From Octopus vulgaris (Eukaryota), in assembly GCA_951406725.2 (NCBI GenBank), contig OX597820.1, positions 124,930,001-124,994,000 of the forward strand: a stretch of 64,000 bases of DNA, read 5' to 3'. Shown here piece by piece: positions 26,190-40,040 of the stretch. Each line of letters begins with the position of its first letter. The first letter of the stretch is position 1. The position numbers and the translations under genes are program-made. Below the pieces are notes generated by a model, which worked only from the letters and a program-made list of their open reading frames with translations, had not been told where the DNA came from and ran no database searches.

Positions 26190-26927
26190 AAACTACAAAG
26201 AATCAACAATTACAGAATCAGACAAAGGACGAAGAGTTGTCATGATGGACACAGACTACTACAAAACTTTGTATTATCCATGCTAGAAAAAGATGCCTTC
26301 TACGAAAATGTTGTAGATTATAAACAACAGAAGGCAATAAAATATCTTGCGTCCTTAATACTTCTACATGGAAAAGGACTGAGACCTACCTCGTAAGCAA
26401 TTTTCTAAACATCCTACTGATGACCCTGCTGAAAGACATCAAACGTTTCATTAGAGACGATCTAGAAATGCTAGACCACCAACAAACAACTAATGACGAG
26501 GCAGTCTTGGTTTTCTTCGATGGTAGTAATTTTTACATCAACATTCCACATGACTATGGAAGGCAGGCTACAAAATTCTGGTTAGAAAACACCATGATGA
26601 ATTTCTGGAACGCATAAATCAAGTCTTTATTATTGAATCTTTAAAATTTAAATGATTTCCTATTTGATGACACCTACTATCATAAGAAAGAGCGGAATCG
26701 CAATGGGAACGAAGGCAGTCCCTGTACTTGCGAAACTAACAATGGGATATTTTGAATTCATCATATATGAAGTGTCACTGCAAAAATATGGAGAGAACTG
26801 GAAAAGATGCCTTGATGACTGCTTTATCATTTGGAAGGAGACCATACATAAAATGTCGGAATTCAATTTAATACTCAATAATGTAAAACCTAACATTCAA
26901 TTCACAACGGAATACAGCAAAGATTAG
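26190..26927 (+). mobile_element. Penelope-like RT pseudogene fragment
   Basis: ITESDKGRRVVMMDTDYY; FYINIPH; GIAMGTKAVPVLAKLTMGYFE; WKRCLDDCFIIW; IQFTTE. Confidence 0.88.
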
Positions 26928-27410
26928 TGTAAAAAAGAATTTTTTTTATCGAAAAATACAGAAAATATCTAAATAACCAACTGTGATCTCAGCATATATT
27001 TTAATCCACGGATGCTTACCCATCACTGAACTTATTTCTTCTCACTACCTTAGCTTTTTGGCTTCTGTGTATATTTATCCCCTCCTCCTCGAAAGACAAA
27101 CAATTACCGCCTCTGACCCACAATACTAACGATCACTAATTACCTCCCTTTCGATTTTTCGACTTGTTGAATCATTCATTCATAAACTTTTCCACACACA
27201 GAATGGACAAATATGTTCTGAAGAAAATACGAAAATACAATAATGTCAATGTCATGAATGGCGTAAGTGAAACAGGTCGACAAGCACAATATATAAAATA
27301 TATTAAATCTAAGTGTGTGCATTTTCCATCTTTTATTATATGTATATATATTGCCTTACAACTCAGTACGTTTAGATAATGGGAATTCCTCCATTTATGT
27401 TACAACATAA

Positions 27411-27477
<67 letters not shown>

Positions 27478-27790
27478 TATATGTATGTATGTATATGCAT
27501 CTATAATCGGCTGAAAGTAACAAAAGTGACACACGGGCTTTTATTGCGCTGAGGATTTACAATATTTGAGAAATGCTTGGAACAAAGCTCGCAGATCTTC
27601 AATCAATTCTGCCGATTAAAACTGTCATGCACATGATATATAACGTTCATGCATATACATGAATATTATATGCGTGTATATACACACACACACACACGCA
27701 CAAACATATATATATATATATTTATATATATATATATATACATATAGATGGATAGGTAGCCGTATATATGCAGATACACACACACAAACG

Positions 27791-27856
<66 letters not shown>

Positions 27857-28519
27857 CGCTCACTCATATACAAGCATGCATATACACAGCTCACTATGAC
27901 GTATTTACTGAACTAATTACTAGTATTAATGCTTTTAGCATGGAAATTCTTCTTCCTATCCTTCTTCTTCCTTTTCTTCTTATTTTTCTTCTTCTTCTAA
28001 TACCACTGCTAATCATAATAATAATGGTAAAACTACTAGTACTTCTTTCACGATGTTGGGAGGAATGTAATTTCCTGTTGTCAGTGAGGAGATTATATCT
28101 GTGGATAAGAATATTCTTCTTGACATTCTTGATGCTATAGAACACGGGATAAAAGGTTGAACAAAGTTCGAGTTGTCAGCTTGTGCGAAAAGTATCCAAT
28201 TAAGTTTAATTATGTGAGCTAAAAACAGACAGAATTAACAGCGTTAGTGTACATGAAGTAACCAATCAGATCTTAATGCAGAGCAGGAAAGCTTCATAAT
28301 AATATAGCACAACTACATTCCTAAGCTACTTTGCTTAAGGGCAAGTATAAGATGTTTCCAAAATTTATGAAATGCCATCAGCGATAGCTCAAAACAAGCA
28401 TATCTTTAAACGCTGCTTTCTTATCCGAACAGAAAGTAGGAAATAGCGAGATAAAGGTCAGTAATACAGCTAAGGGTTCATTTTTGAAGTTGATTGTGAA
28501 ATAGGAAAAGTGGTAGGTG

Positions 28520-28720
28520 TGTGTGTGTGTCTGTAAGAGTGTACCAACTTATATACGGTGTACATACTATATATGTACATATATATGATATATAATGTAT
28601 AATATATATATATATATATGTGTGTGTGTGTTTGTGTCTGTAAATGTGTACCAACGTATATACGGTGTACATACTATACATGTACATATATATGATATAT
28701 AATGTATATATATATATATA
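28520..28720. repeat. ~105 bp tandem duplication
   Basis: gtgtctgtaa..gtgtaccaac.tatatacggtgtacatactata.atgtacatatatatgatatataatgtata occurs twice. Confidence 0.9.
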
Positions 28721-28857
28721 TATATTATATTAAATTAGAGATAAAACCACTATTAGGCAAATCATACAATGAAAAACTTAAGCCGATGCATAAGATTAAT
28801 TAATTTATATTCTTTTAAATATATATCAAAATTATTAAAAAAAGATAATTAGTATAA

Positions 28858-28920
28858 CACTACGATCGTTTCATGGCTGTCCAATTCCTAAAAATTCGAG
28901 TTCGAGTCATTCTTCAGGTG
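28858..28920 (-). ncRNA. Minimal type I hammerhead ribozyme (intact core)
   Basis: Minus strand: CAC CUGAAGA AUGACU...AGCCAU GAAA CGAUCG UA GUG. It lies in a module (28733-28975) homologous to 20373-20570. Confidence 0.82.
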
Positions 28921-28973
28921 ATTGAAGTATCTAAAATATAATCAGAAATATTTAAACAATATTTGTAAGATAA

Positions 28974-29099
<126 letters not shown>

Positions 29100-29457
29100 T
29101 GTAAATACTTTATACGTATATGGAATGGATAACCACTTCAGAAGAATACGGATAAATATATTTGCATATACGTATGTATGCGTTAGTATTTCTGAATGTG
29201 TGTGTTAGAGTCTGTGCGTATGTGTGTGTGTGTGTATGTGTGTGTGTGTGCGTGTGTGCGCGTGTGTTAGTGGGCGTATTTATATCTATGTGCATCTACT
29301 CTTATGCTGTTGCAAGTGACTATCCATGCAGATGTTACAAAACATTGTTTCCCTTAGAAACCAATGAAATTTCCATGTTCCTGGCGTGAAAAATAAGGTT
29401 ATAGCATATTTGGGGGATATAATTATACGAAAAGTGCAATAGTACTATAAAGAGCGT

Positions 29458-29492
<35 letters not shown>

Positions 29493-30008
29493 ATAAAGAG
29501 AAAGACAGACAGAGACAGAGACAGAGGCACACAAACAGCAAATGTGAGAGAAGGTAAGAGATGAGAATAAGGAACAGATGCGACAATTATTGCTACAAAA
29601 GAGACATTACATCCATTTAATAGCGAAGCCAGTTTCTCGAAATTACAGAATCACTATGAAAATGATTCTTCAAACAATTACCAATGCTCTCGATTTAGTT
29701 ATTGATGCCTGATAAGAAAGAATTTTGAAAATATACGTCTAGTTGCCCAATCGAAGGAAAACATACGAGTGCAACAAGTTAGCAGAAAAGCAAAATATGG
29801 TCAAATTTCAGGCCATTTAGAATCAACACCAACAGAAATACAAGACAGAGCACTTAAACATGGATATGTGGTTTTATCAATATAGTAGCGAGGATGAAAA
29901 TTAATTTCGAATAACGTTTTGCGCATACATGTATATTCCATACATACACTCTTCATGCATATTGTGTGTGTATATATATGTATACATATATACATACATA
30001 CATACATG

Positions 30009-30089
<81 letters not shown>

Positions 30090-30093
<4 letters not shown>

Positions 30094-30445
30094 TATATAA
30101 AACCCGTTCAGTGTCTTCTAGGATCTCGAGCATCATCCATCCGATTCCGATGAAATTTGATATGTAGATACCAACAGTATCAGGGCGTGTATAAGTTGAA
30201 AAAAAGTACAAAAGTCCAGGTGAGAATGTGACCGATAAAGGCGTGGGAACGTGCATTTGTACTCGCAAGAACATCAGCTGTTGTCATCGATTCTACGCGT
30301 ACGCTAGAAAAATGCACAATGTTTCAAATATAGGTTAAATCAGTTTTTTAAAAGAGCAGGCCTATGGGACGGTCGGACAAGTTGTTTTGAGAAAATTTAG
30401 TTTAAAATGCCTGACAACTTAGACACCATCCATTGGACAGGGGGC
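30090..30445 (+). mobile_element. Possible non-autonomous Helitron-like fragment
   Basis: Starts tatataaaa with catccgattccgatgaaatttg, a motif common in such elements. No clear 3' end. Confidence 0.35.
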
Positions 30446-30458
30446 GTATATATATATA

Positions 30459-30507
<49 letters not shown>

Positions 30508-30511
<4 letters not shown>

Positions 30512-30776
30512 GGAGTAAACACATAAATGTGAAACAAGGTGGAAAAAAGAGTACTCAAATACCAGTGGTGAGTAATATTACTCTACCACTGGTAGAGTAA
30601 TATTACTCATTTATGTGTTTACTCCGGTGTAACCCGCTTATAAAAGTTTGAGCGACTCTGTAGGAAGAACAAACAGCTGAAAAAGATGGAACTTTACCCG
30701 CTGGATTTTTCTCAGAAAAATATACCTATCCCTGCACGGAAACAATATCTCAAAGGTCTTATAGAGAAAACGGAAG

Positions 30777-30781
<5 letters not shown>
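30508..30781 (+). mobile_element. Penelope-like 5' end: palindromic pLTR remnant plus ORF start
   Basis: ccggagtaaacacataaatg is inverted at 30608-30628. The ATG at 30686 reads MELYPLDFSQKNIPIPARKQYLKGLIEKTEEF, resembling PLE N-termini. Shares sequence with 40195-40250. Confidence 0.7.
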
Positions 30782-30828
<47 letters not shown>

Positions 30829-31013
30829 TGAGTAAGTGTGCTAACCAGTGTTTACTTATAATCACAATTTACGTTACTTGAAATATATTTGTCATATTTT
30901 TCAACTGCTAAAGGCAAATCCACTTATGTTACCGTAAAGAAATGGATCTTTCTTATGGTAAAAAGTGTCACCCTCTCTCGGGACTCTGACACATCGATGT
31001 TTCGAGTAAGTTG

Positions 31014-31076
<63 letters not shown>

Positions 31077-31079
<3 letters not shown>

Positions 31080-31371
31080 AAATCAGTAACAAGTATATCC
31101 GAGGTAGAGTAGTACAATTGTTTCATGCAACTTCATGTTATTAAACACTGTAATATTACATCAGTTTTAAAATGTCGAGCAATGTTCAGCCACCTATAGA
31201 ATTTTCCAGCAAAACGGACAATGCACATTTTATCTCTATTTCATTTGCCAACATTTTAAACAGGGTAGATGTGTTTTAGAACTGATGTAATATTTACGGT
31301 GTTCAATAAAATGAAGTAGCATGAACCAATTGTACTACTCTACCTCGGATATACTTTTTGCTTATTTTGAT
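31077..31371. repeat. Inverted repeat, ~100 bp arms and ~90 bp spacer
   Basis: aagtatatccgaggtagagtagtacaattg.ttcatgc.acttcat...aatattacatcagtt versus its reverse complement at 31268-31371. Confidence 0.92.
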
Positions 31372-31466
31372 TATAATCACCATATTTGAATTATATGGAT
31401 AATACCATACAAAATCTGATGCCATTGACTTAAGTACCATATTCATCTGAATCTAAATTTTGTCGA

Positions 31467-31949
<483 letters not shown>

Positions 31950-32240
31950 ATATATATATATATACATGTACATACAATATTTACAAATAATGCAATTCCT
32001 GTAAAAGATGAAAGAGCATAGAAAAATACCGAACTAAATCAGACAGACATAATCATAAGCACTGAATGCATTGAATTGTAAGAGGAAAAAGCGCGAATAT
32101 CGCAATACACTAAAAGACAAAAAAAAAAGGAGAATCTGAGATTCGTTTGATATTGATAATGAAAGAATAAAAAAGAAGACGCAGGTAAATTATTAGATTC
32201 CCTTATGCAAACAGGCGTCTGTCAACAGGCTATGTCAGAA

Positions 32241-32321
<81 letters not shown>

Positions 32322-32417
32322 ATATATATGTACAAGTGTGTTCTGTGGGGATATATGCGAGCATGTGTATGTGCCTGTATGTATGCATGTATCTCTGTAT
32401 CTCGCTCTCTCTCTCTG

Positions 32418-32454
<37 letters not shown>

Positions 32455-32801
32455 TAGATAGATATAGATAAAGATATATATTTATAGATATATGAACACT
32501 GAGATCGTATGCATGAGAGTAGGATGTTCATAGAATCACGTAGTGAATTTAAGTGAGTGAAATTTAGTCCGGCTTTCATTTCATGACGTACTATTAGCAT
32601 TTGTGAGCAGAAGAATGGGTTATGATATCAGCTATATAACTTTCCAGAGAACATTTTCAATATAAATGATTCGTCTCAATGGGAGCATATTCCACATTCA
32701 CAGTTGTTGCGTACTTCTCTCTCTCTCACTCTCCTCTTTATAAATACTTATATTAATGCATATGCATCTATATGCATCGCACCAAACGCACATACACAAA
32801 T

Positions 32802-32876
<75 letters not shown>

Positions 32877-33056
32877 TATGTTCTCGATAGTTAAATTAAT
32901 ACCATAATGCACTATATGCACTTAAGTTACATTTCATACCTGTATCTAAATTCAATTATTGATTATATGTGTGATGTATTAATATGTATAAGTATATATA
33001 TATGTGTATATATACATATATGTGTATGTGTATATATATATGTGTGTATGTGTGTG

Positions 33057-33108
<52 letters not shown>

Positions 33109-33456
33109 CATACATATATATACTTATGGCTATCTAGCTATATTTATTTATACATCTATTTCCTTACTCCGTCCGTCCACCTCTGTATATGTGTTTGTGA
33201 GGTGTAATTTTATGTAAGTTATTAGTTTCAGGTGAAAACGAGAACTCTAAATCTTTTCTACTCTCTGAAATATATTTCCCTGTTTGTATTAAAACAATTT
33301 GAGCGATATGAAAACATGCTTTAGTTGATATAAAGACAGTTTTACTTGATGCGGGCAATATAATATACAGTTTTTAGCAAATTCTGTGCCACTGGTCCTG
33401 ACACGACATTTTCAATATTTTAGCTGGAAATTAATTTTAATTTATTTTATGTCTAG

Positions 33457-33672
33457 GGCGTCAAGGTGGCAGAACCTTTAGCGCGCCGGTCAATATGCTT
33501 AGCAACATTTTATCCTTCTTTACCTTCTAAGTTCAAATTCTGCCGTGGTCAACATTAGATTTTATTCTTTTCAAGGTCAATAAAATAAGTTCCTCCGAAG
33601 ATCTTGGGTCGATGTGATTTACTTACCTGCACCCAAGAAATTGGTGGCATCATGTCGATATTTGAAACCAAT
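33457..33672 (+). mobile_element. Diverged tRNA-SINE, same family as 33883-34111
   Basis: ggtggcagaacc.ttagcgcgccgg...aagttcaaattctgccgtggtcaac...gggtcgatgtgatt...tttgaaacc. Confidence 0.8.
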
Positions 33673-33732
33673 ACTTATCTTAAGTCTGCAGGTGTATGTC
33701 AAGTAAATTATACAGTAATGAATTATATAATA

Positions 33733-34171
33733 GTTTCAAATTTCGGCACGAGGCCAACAGTTCCGAGGGAAGCCTTAAGTTAAATTCTTCGACCAGTGTT
33801 TATTTTATCGACCACGTGATTATGAAAAGCACAGTTGATCCCGGCGGCATTTGAACTTAGAAGTTTAATCGGTCGGAATACCTATTTCTTTATTACCCAC
33901 AAGGGGCAAAACACAGAGGGGACAAACAAGGACAGACATAGGTATTAAGTCGATTACATCGACCCCAGTGCGTAACTGGTACTTAATTTATCGACCCCGA
34001 AAGTATGAAAGGCAAAGTCGACCTCGGCGGAATTTGAACTCAGAACGTAACGCAGACGAAATACCGCTAAGCATTTCGCCCGGCGTGCTAACGTTTCTGC
34101 CAGCTTGCCGCTAAGCGGAATACCGTTAAGCATTTTACCCGGCATGCTAATTATCCAGCCAACTAGTCGCC
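33733..34171 (-). mobile_element. Old tRNA-SINE interrupted by a younger related SINE (33883-34111)
   Basis: The outer copy resumes after the insert. CGGAATACC is duplicated at 33874-33882 and 34116-34124. The inner copy has A-box-like tggcagaaacg and B-box gagttcaaattcc. Confidence 0.88.
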
Positions 34172-35292
34172 TTTACTGAATCATATATTAAAAGTTAGAA
34201 ATGCATTTGCAATACATATGACCTATATGACATTTATAGATTTGAACATGTATATAATAAATACAGTACAAAATATTCGGATATCATACACTGTTTTGTG
34301 AAATGTATTTTCGTTAATTAGTTATTGTAAATCAACAGTTTTTCTGAAAATATATAAGAAACATGTTTCTACATATATTGCTTTGATTGGTTTCAGCCAA
34401 TTATTCTTCCAGATGGAATTGATTATGATGTTTTCGCGCGTTAATTATCAAGGCGTGTTTCTAAACTTGAAAAGTATACGATTTTGTAAAAGATATCAAA
34501 ATGTTCGCAAAACCGGAAGCATTTTATATGAATATTTCCTGATTGACGGTCGAAAAGTGCTTTCCAATTTTAGTCCATATAAAAATCCCTTTAATTTCAG
34601 AGACTTCATTAAGTTTCTAAACTTGGTGTTATGGACAGATGAAAGATTAACATTTATTTGTTCTTCTTTAGAAAAATTCTAATCAGTTGAGAATATTTGG
34701 CATGTGTATTTTAATATGTTACAATATAAAGTTTCATCTAAGCCGAAAATATTTATCTCTCTTACATACATCATTATGCAAACTATAGAGGTGCTAAATT
34801 TTCTTGCAAGTCTCAAGAAAGTGATTGGTCATAAGTGAATATATAATGATACTCTGATGAGGAATTATTGACATAAATGCATCTATAGGTCTCACCTGAC
34901 TGCACAAAAACATATTTTATCGGAATTATCTCAACGAAAAGCATCGCTTCCAGGTATTCCGTTTTCTTTCCCACACTAAAATGGAAACATTTATATGAAA
35001 ATATATTTGCCTTTAGCATTCAATAAAAAACCCTAAACTTAAAAATTAATGCATTAAAAACAAAATTGTTCCAAGTTATAAACTTATGCTACGTAACAAA
35101 CGCATATTCAAGGAACGTCGATTTGATGGAGAGTTTGGGCTAATACATGGCACACAATGTCAGCATAATAAACACAATCCTTTGCGCAAGCATGAATAAG
35201 AAATTACAGAATGGTCTTCCTCAATTTCAGACTACGAGAAAAATGTATACCCCCACCACCGACACCGTCGCCATCATCTATCTATCTATCTG

Positions 35293-35388
<96 letters not shown>

Positions 35389-35411
35389 TGTCTGTTTGTC
35401 TGTCTATACAT

Positions 35412-35546
35412 AAATTTTGTTGAAATCTACAGAAAAACAAAAGACGAAGGAGATGTATTAATCTCAATCTCGGGAATGTGAGAAAGCTTTTTACGTTTCG
35501 AGCCTACGCTCTTTAACAGAAAGGAACACGATGAAATAAACAGAGA

Positions 35547-35550
<4 letters not shown>
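35412..35550 (-). mobile_element. Short PLE-type module with a hammerhead-like variant; related copy at 60258-60372 (+)
   Basis: Minus strand: CUUU CUGUUAA A GAGC guag GCUC GAAA CG UA AAAAG. The 60 kb copy keeps only agcgtaagctcgaaacgtaa and downstream sequence. Confidence 0.55.
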
Positions 35551-35579
<29 letters not shown>

Positions 35580-36563
35580 CGTATGTATGTATGTATGTAT
35601 GTACGTATGCATGTATGTATGTATGTATGAAAACAGTATAACAGAACATCAATGATATATTTTACATGATGCAATATTGACAGCCTACACAGAATTTCCC
35701 CATGGGCTGTTCAGGTCTGCAAAAACAGCAGAAAAATCTATAATTTATATGCAGGATTTTGTAAAAGTTAAATGCGTCAAGGTCGATAGTATGTGATGTA
35801 CGTGTAGAGTTTGTTAATAATTTAAGCATTGTAGCCAGAAGCAAACTATTCCATTACAAGACTGAACAGTTTTTATTCACAGACATATATTTAGGAACTA
35901 ATGATATTTGACCATTTACTCGAATTGTTATCTAAAGGTCACTTTAAAGTTTACTAAAATCTCTTTGCATTGTATTTTACCTAAATTCATAACCTTGTAC
36001 TATACTTTTAATCTACTTTCCCAGTATAGGATTGCAAAGATAAATTTTAAGTCGCACAATACATAGACGCATTGTAAGTAATGTGAAATTCAATAGGGTT
36101 GAAACTGGCTCTAATTTGAGATTATTTTATTTAACATATTTCGGAACACTCTGATCTTTGAACTTCGTGGCCAAGCAAAAGATCAAGGGCCATTAGTTCA
36201 TTCATGTCATTGAAGAAGATAAGTATTTGATTGCAATAGAACAGCATTTTTTCTTGCAAAAGTACAAATATAAGAATATTATTGCTCAATTGCTCAAATA
36301 GATTACACTGACACACCGAACTTCAGCTGAACCCTGTATAGACTCCTGAATGTTCTATTCTGTCAACTGTCGTGAACATCCTACCGATAATTGGGCTGTA
36401 CAGAAACATACTATTCAATTAGCCATTCCAGAAGTTTTCAGAATGATATCGGTGCGGCAGTTATAAGTGTTAAAGACTACTTCAGCTTAGTATATCTTTG
36501 CTTTATCATATTTTAACAGAATATTCTGTTAAAATGTCTTATTGACGAGTTTCATTTCTCCAT

Positions 36564-36648
36564 TTCCCTGAAGAGGAGATTACATTGTTTTATACCATGT
36601 TATTCCTTTGGCATAATACCAATGATATCTTCGAAACATGTGTCGGGA
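36564..36648 (+). ncRNA. Type I hammerhead ribozyme with extended stem II (intact core)
   Basis: UUCC CUGAAGA GGAGAU-ua-CAUUG...CAAUG-au-AUCUUC GAAA CAUGUG UC GGGA. Cleavage triplet GUC. Confidence 0.85.
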
Positions 36649-36712
36649 GTAAATGAATTTGAATAACAACTGCATTTAACTCCATTTATTTATTTATACA
36701 TACATATATAAG

Positions 36713-36769
<57 letters not shown>

Positions 36770-37582
36770 GCATATATGTACGTATGTATGTATGTATGTG
36801 TGTATGTATGCGGCAGTCATGGCAACCGGACGTTTTCTATTGCTCTGTTTAGTAAGCAGTTGAAAGAACAGAAGCCATCTCAACTCAAACATCTCTAAAT
36901 TTTAATTCCTAATTCTTGAGAATTTGAAATGCCGATGTTTTTCGCAGATTCGGAATACTAGCAGTCGAAACAAAATGTGGGTTTCTGTAGAAGAAAATAC
37001 GAAATCGGGTGCGGTCCATGTCCTTTTTCTTCGCCTGAAATGGCATTTCAATTAATTAATTGACATTTTGAAAAACTCCAACGTATATTCTCTTCAAATA
37101 CTACTCAACATCAATAACAACAACAAACACCACGTCAACGACAACAACAACAACAACCATGGTAACAACGGCAGCAACAACAACAGCCACCAGAGAAACG
37201 ACAACAACCATCACAGCAATTCATACGATTCCAGACTCCAAAAAGCCATAAACGGTATAGAAAACCGAACATGCCTTCAGTCGGATCTGTTTGCTGTCGT
37301 TCAACGGGCGTGAAAAAACAATATGCCTCTATGTGAAGATAAATTGAATTTCATCCATATTTGGAAAAGAGGATTCTCTGAAATTACCGTATGCTCTTAA
37401 TATGCTTTAATACCATACCAAAATATGTCAAAACGGAAATGGATCACATGAAATTCAAACGTTCACTGGACTGATTTCTTTAAAAAATCCCGGACCAAAC
37501 TCCTATACTCGGATATGTCTCCAGCAATAATAACTCTTTTTTAGAGGGGGCCGTGATGCCCCATATATGACTAAAATACTCT

Positions 37583-37652
37583 ACCAGGTGGTACTGTTAA
37601 GTTAGACATGGACTGGGCCTATATTAGCCGAAACCTAACAAAGTTATCAAAG
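37583..37652 (+). mobile_element. Isolated 3' tail of the 5S-linked element
   Basis: ccaggtggtactgttaagttagacatggactgggcctatattagccgaaacctaacaaagttatcaaag matches 23322-23390. Confidence 0.85.
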
Positions 37653-38807
37653 TTATGCATGCATATAAAACGAGGATCTGACATTTTCGTATATTTTAGA
37701 CAACAGTCTAAGAACAGAAGAATGTAAACACCCACTTTAATCCCAAATATATGAACCAAACTAAATCGAGTAATAAACCGTCCTAAATTCTGTCCTGTGT
37801 TGGGATTTAATCAGAAACGTGAACTATCATTAAAAGGCCGCATTAATATCTCCTATATACCCGCCATTAGATAAGCCAGTTTCCACATATAATGTATTGG
37901 TTGGAGCTCGTCGCTGAGAAAATACGTTTTCGCATCCACCAACATGCGTATTCTGTTTAAAGGTTACATATTTATAGTTGTCTATGCATAAAGAATTTGC
38001 CAGTATTTCCTCTGTATTTCAATGAAGCATAGGAAAGCATGCTTGCTTATACCTGCTTTTAAACATGTGTATTTGTGCGTACATGTATACACACACGAGA
38101 AAAATATACTTCGATAAACACACAATTATACAAAATGAGAGGTGGCGGGAGAGATTATTACGGAGAGCTTTCTAGTAAATTTGATTTGAAAATAATTATG
38201 AGAAAACTTGAAAATATTTTATCTTGTACAATTAGAATTTCAGTAGCATTTCCTGTTTTTTTTTTCTGATTTCTGTATGAAGAACCAAATGTATAACAAA
38301 AATATATAAACTAAATTAGTGTTTAAACATCGGTGCGTTATTATCAACAACTCATGTTCTGATGGCAATTTTTCATTTGATTACTCAAATTGCATTCGAA
38401 ATATGTTTTCTGAATATGTTTACTGTGTGGCATGGAATGTGTCAGATGCTGAAATCTTCCATTAAAAAATTCTATCGCAAACGATATATTCACGAGGATA
38501 AATAAGTGAGTTGAAAATTCGTTGGTTTCCGACATAAATGTTTATACCGGATACATTCTATTATTGTTTTTACATATTTCAGTTGTTAAACTGTGGCCAT
38601 GCTGGGGATACCAACTAGAGGCATTTTAGGCGATGTAATTGACTACATTACTTCTATTTTCTAAGTTTGATGTTTATTATATCGGTCTCTTTTGCAGAAG
38701 CGCTAAGTTACGTGAATGTAATCATAGCGTCATCTGTTGTCAATTGGGGGTGGAGCACAAACAAAGGCACAAAGGCACTGAAACACACACGCACACAAAC
38801 ATTCACA

Positions 38808-38869
<62 letters not shown>

Positions 38870-38884
38870 AACACAAAGGCATGC

Positions 38885-39050
38885 ACACGGATGACTGACA
38901 GGCTTCATTCAGTTTCTGTCTAAAAGTCCATTTACATGGGTTTAGTCAGTCGGCGAGTGTAGTAGGAGACACACGGCTAAAGTGCCACGAAATGCAACTG
39001 AACCCAGAGACATGCATGCAGGAACCAAACTTCTTACCAGATAGCCATAC
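38885..39050 (-). mobile_element. CORE-like tRNA-SINE, 5' half
   Basis: Homologous to 7985-8157. Confidence 0.7.
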
Positions 39051-39051
39051 C

Positions 39052-39107
<56 letters not shown>

Positions 39108-39379
39108 CATACATATATATGTGTGTGTATATATTCATTTATTCTATTATTTTTTCCACTCATTTGTCTGCGGCCATGTTGGAGCACCTACTAAGCATTA
39201 GCAAAATATAAATAGAAATATGCAGCGCTGAACAGTGAAGAGAGTAACATTATCGAGTTGGTAATGCGCTCTTCAAAAATCACTCTCTTCCTGATAATCT
39301 CCTATACAGGACCAAAGCAGTTGGGCTGTCTTACCTCAGAGAGAACCTGGATGGAAAGCACGCAGTATACAAAAACAAA

Positions 39380-39980
39380 AAAAAGGACTATGCATGGGTA
39401 TGTTGCCCGGGGGCTTGAAGAAGACAGTAGAATTGACACGAAGCTCAACCACATCACACTTTAAAGGCTATACGTTAACAATCCAGGAACAGAAAATTGC
39501 CGCAAAGTACCTGGTGAACGAGAGAGTCAGTGACGCTCTTGTACTCCTAAAGTGCAACCGCATGTGTAGGCTATGTCATGTTTCTGTGGAATACATCACG
39601 CATGTGATTAGCAGCTGTCCTAAAATGTCTTCAAGGTACTACTTTCTTATGCGGCACAATATTGTAGCTAAAACAATTTACAAATTCCATCCGCAAAAAA
39701 GACTGTCTTGAATTAATGTTAGAAAGTCTTTCTGTTATGGAATACATTCATAAATATCAACCCAAGAAATACTGGTGAAATATTCCCATAAAGACTTGTA
39801 AATATAAACATAACAGGCCGGATATTGTTGGTTGGGACAGAGGAGCAAAAGTATGTGCCATCTTAGAGTTCAGCTGCCCTGCAGATATAAATATCTCTGA
39901 AAATAAAAGACAAAGATGATATCTATGGACACCTGCTAGGAAACCTCCACCTTCTATATCCAGACTAGGAATTTATATTC
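39380..39980 (+). mobile_element. R4/Dong-like LINE C-terminus (CCHC knuckle plus REL endonuclease)
   Basis: IQEQKI...CRLCHVSVEYITHVISSC...RHNIVAK; downstream HNRPDIVGWD...LEFSCPAD. Confidence 0.88.
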
Positions 39981-39985
39981 ATATA

Positions 39986-40040
<55 letters not shown>

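Noticed and set aside
25687-26286. 199 aa ORF as a gene
   Set aside because: Chance read-through of an antisense repeat, a TA tract and a PLE fragment.
34853-34940. CUGAUGA followed by a distant GAAA (similar case at 49308)
   Set aside because: No stems and no NUH site.
37068-37313. Asn-rich ORF as a coding exon
   Set aside because: Driven by (CAA)n, has a TTG start, and shows no domain or clear splice support.
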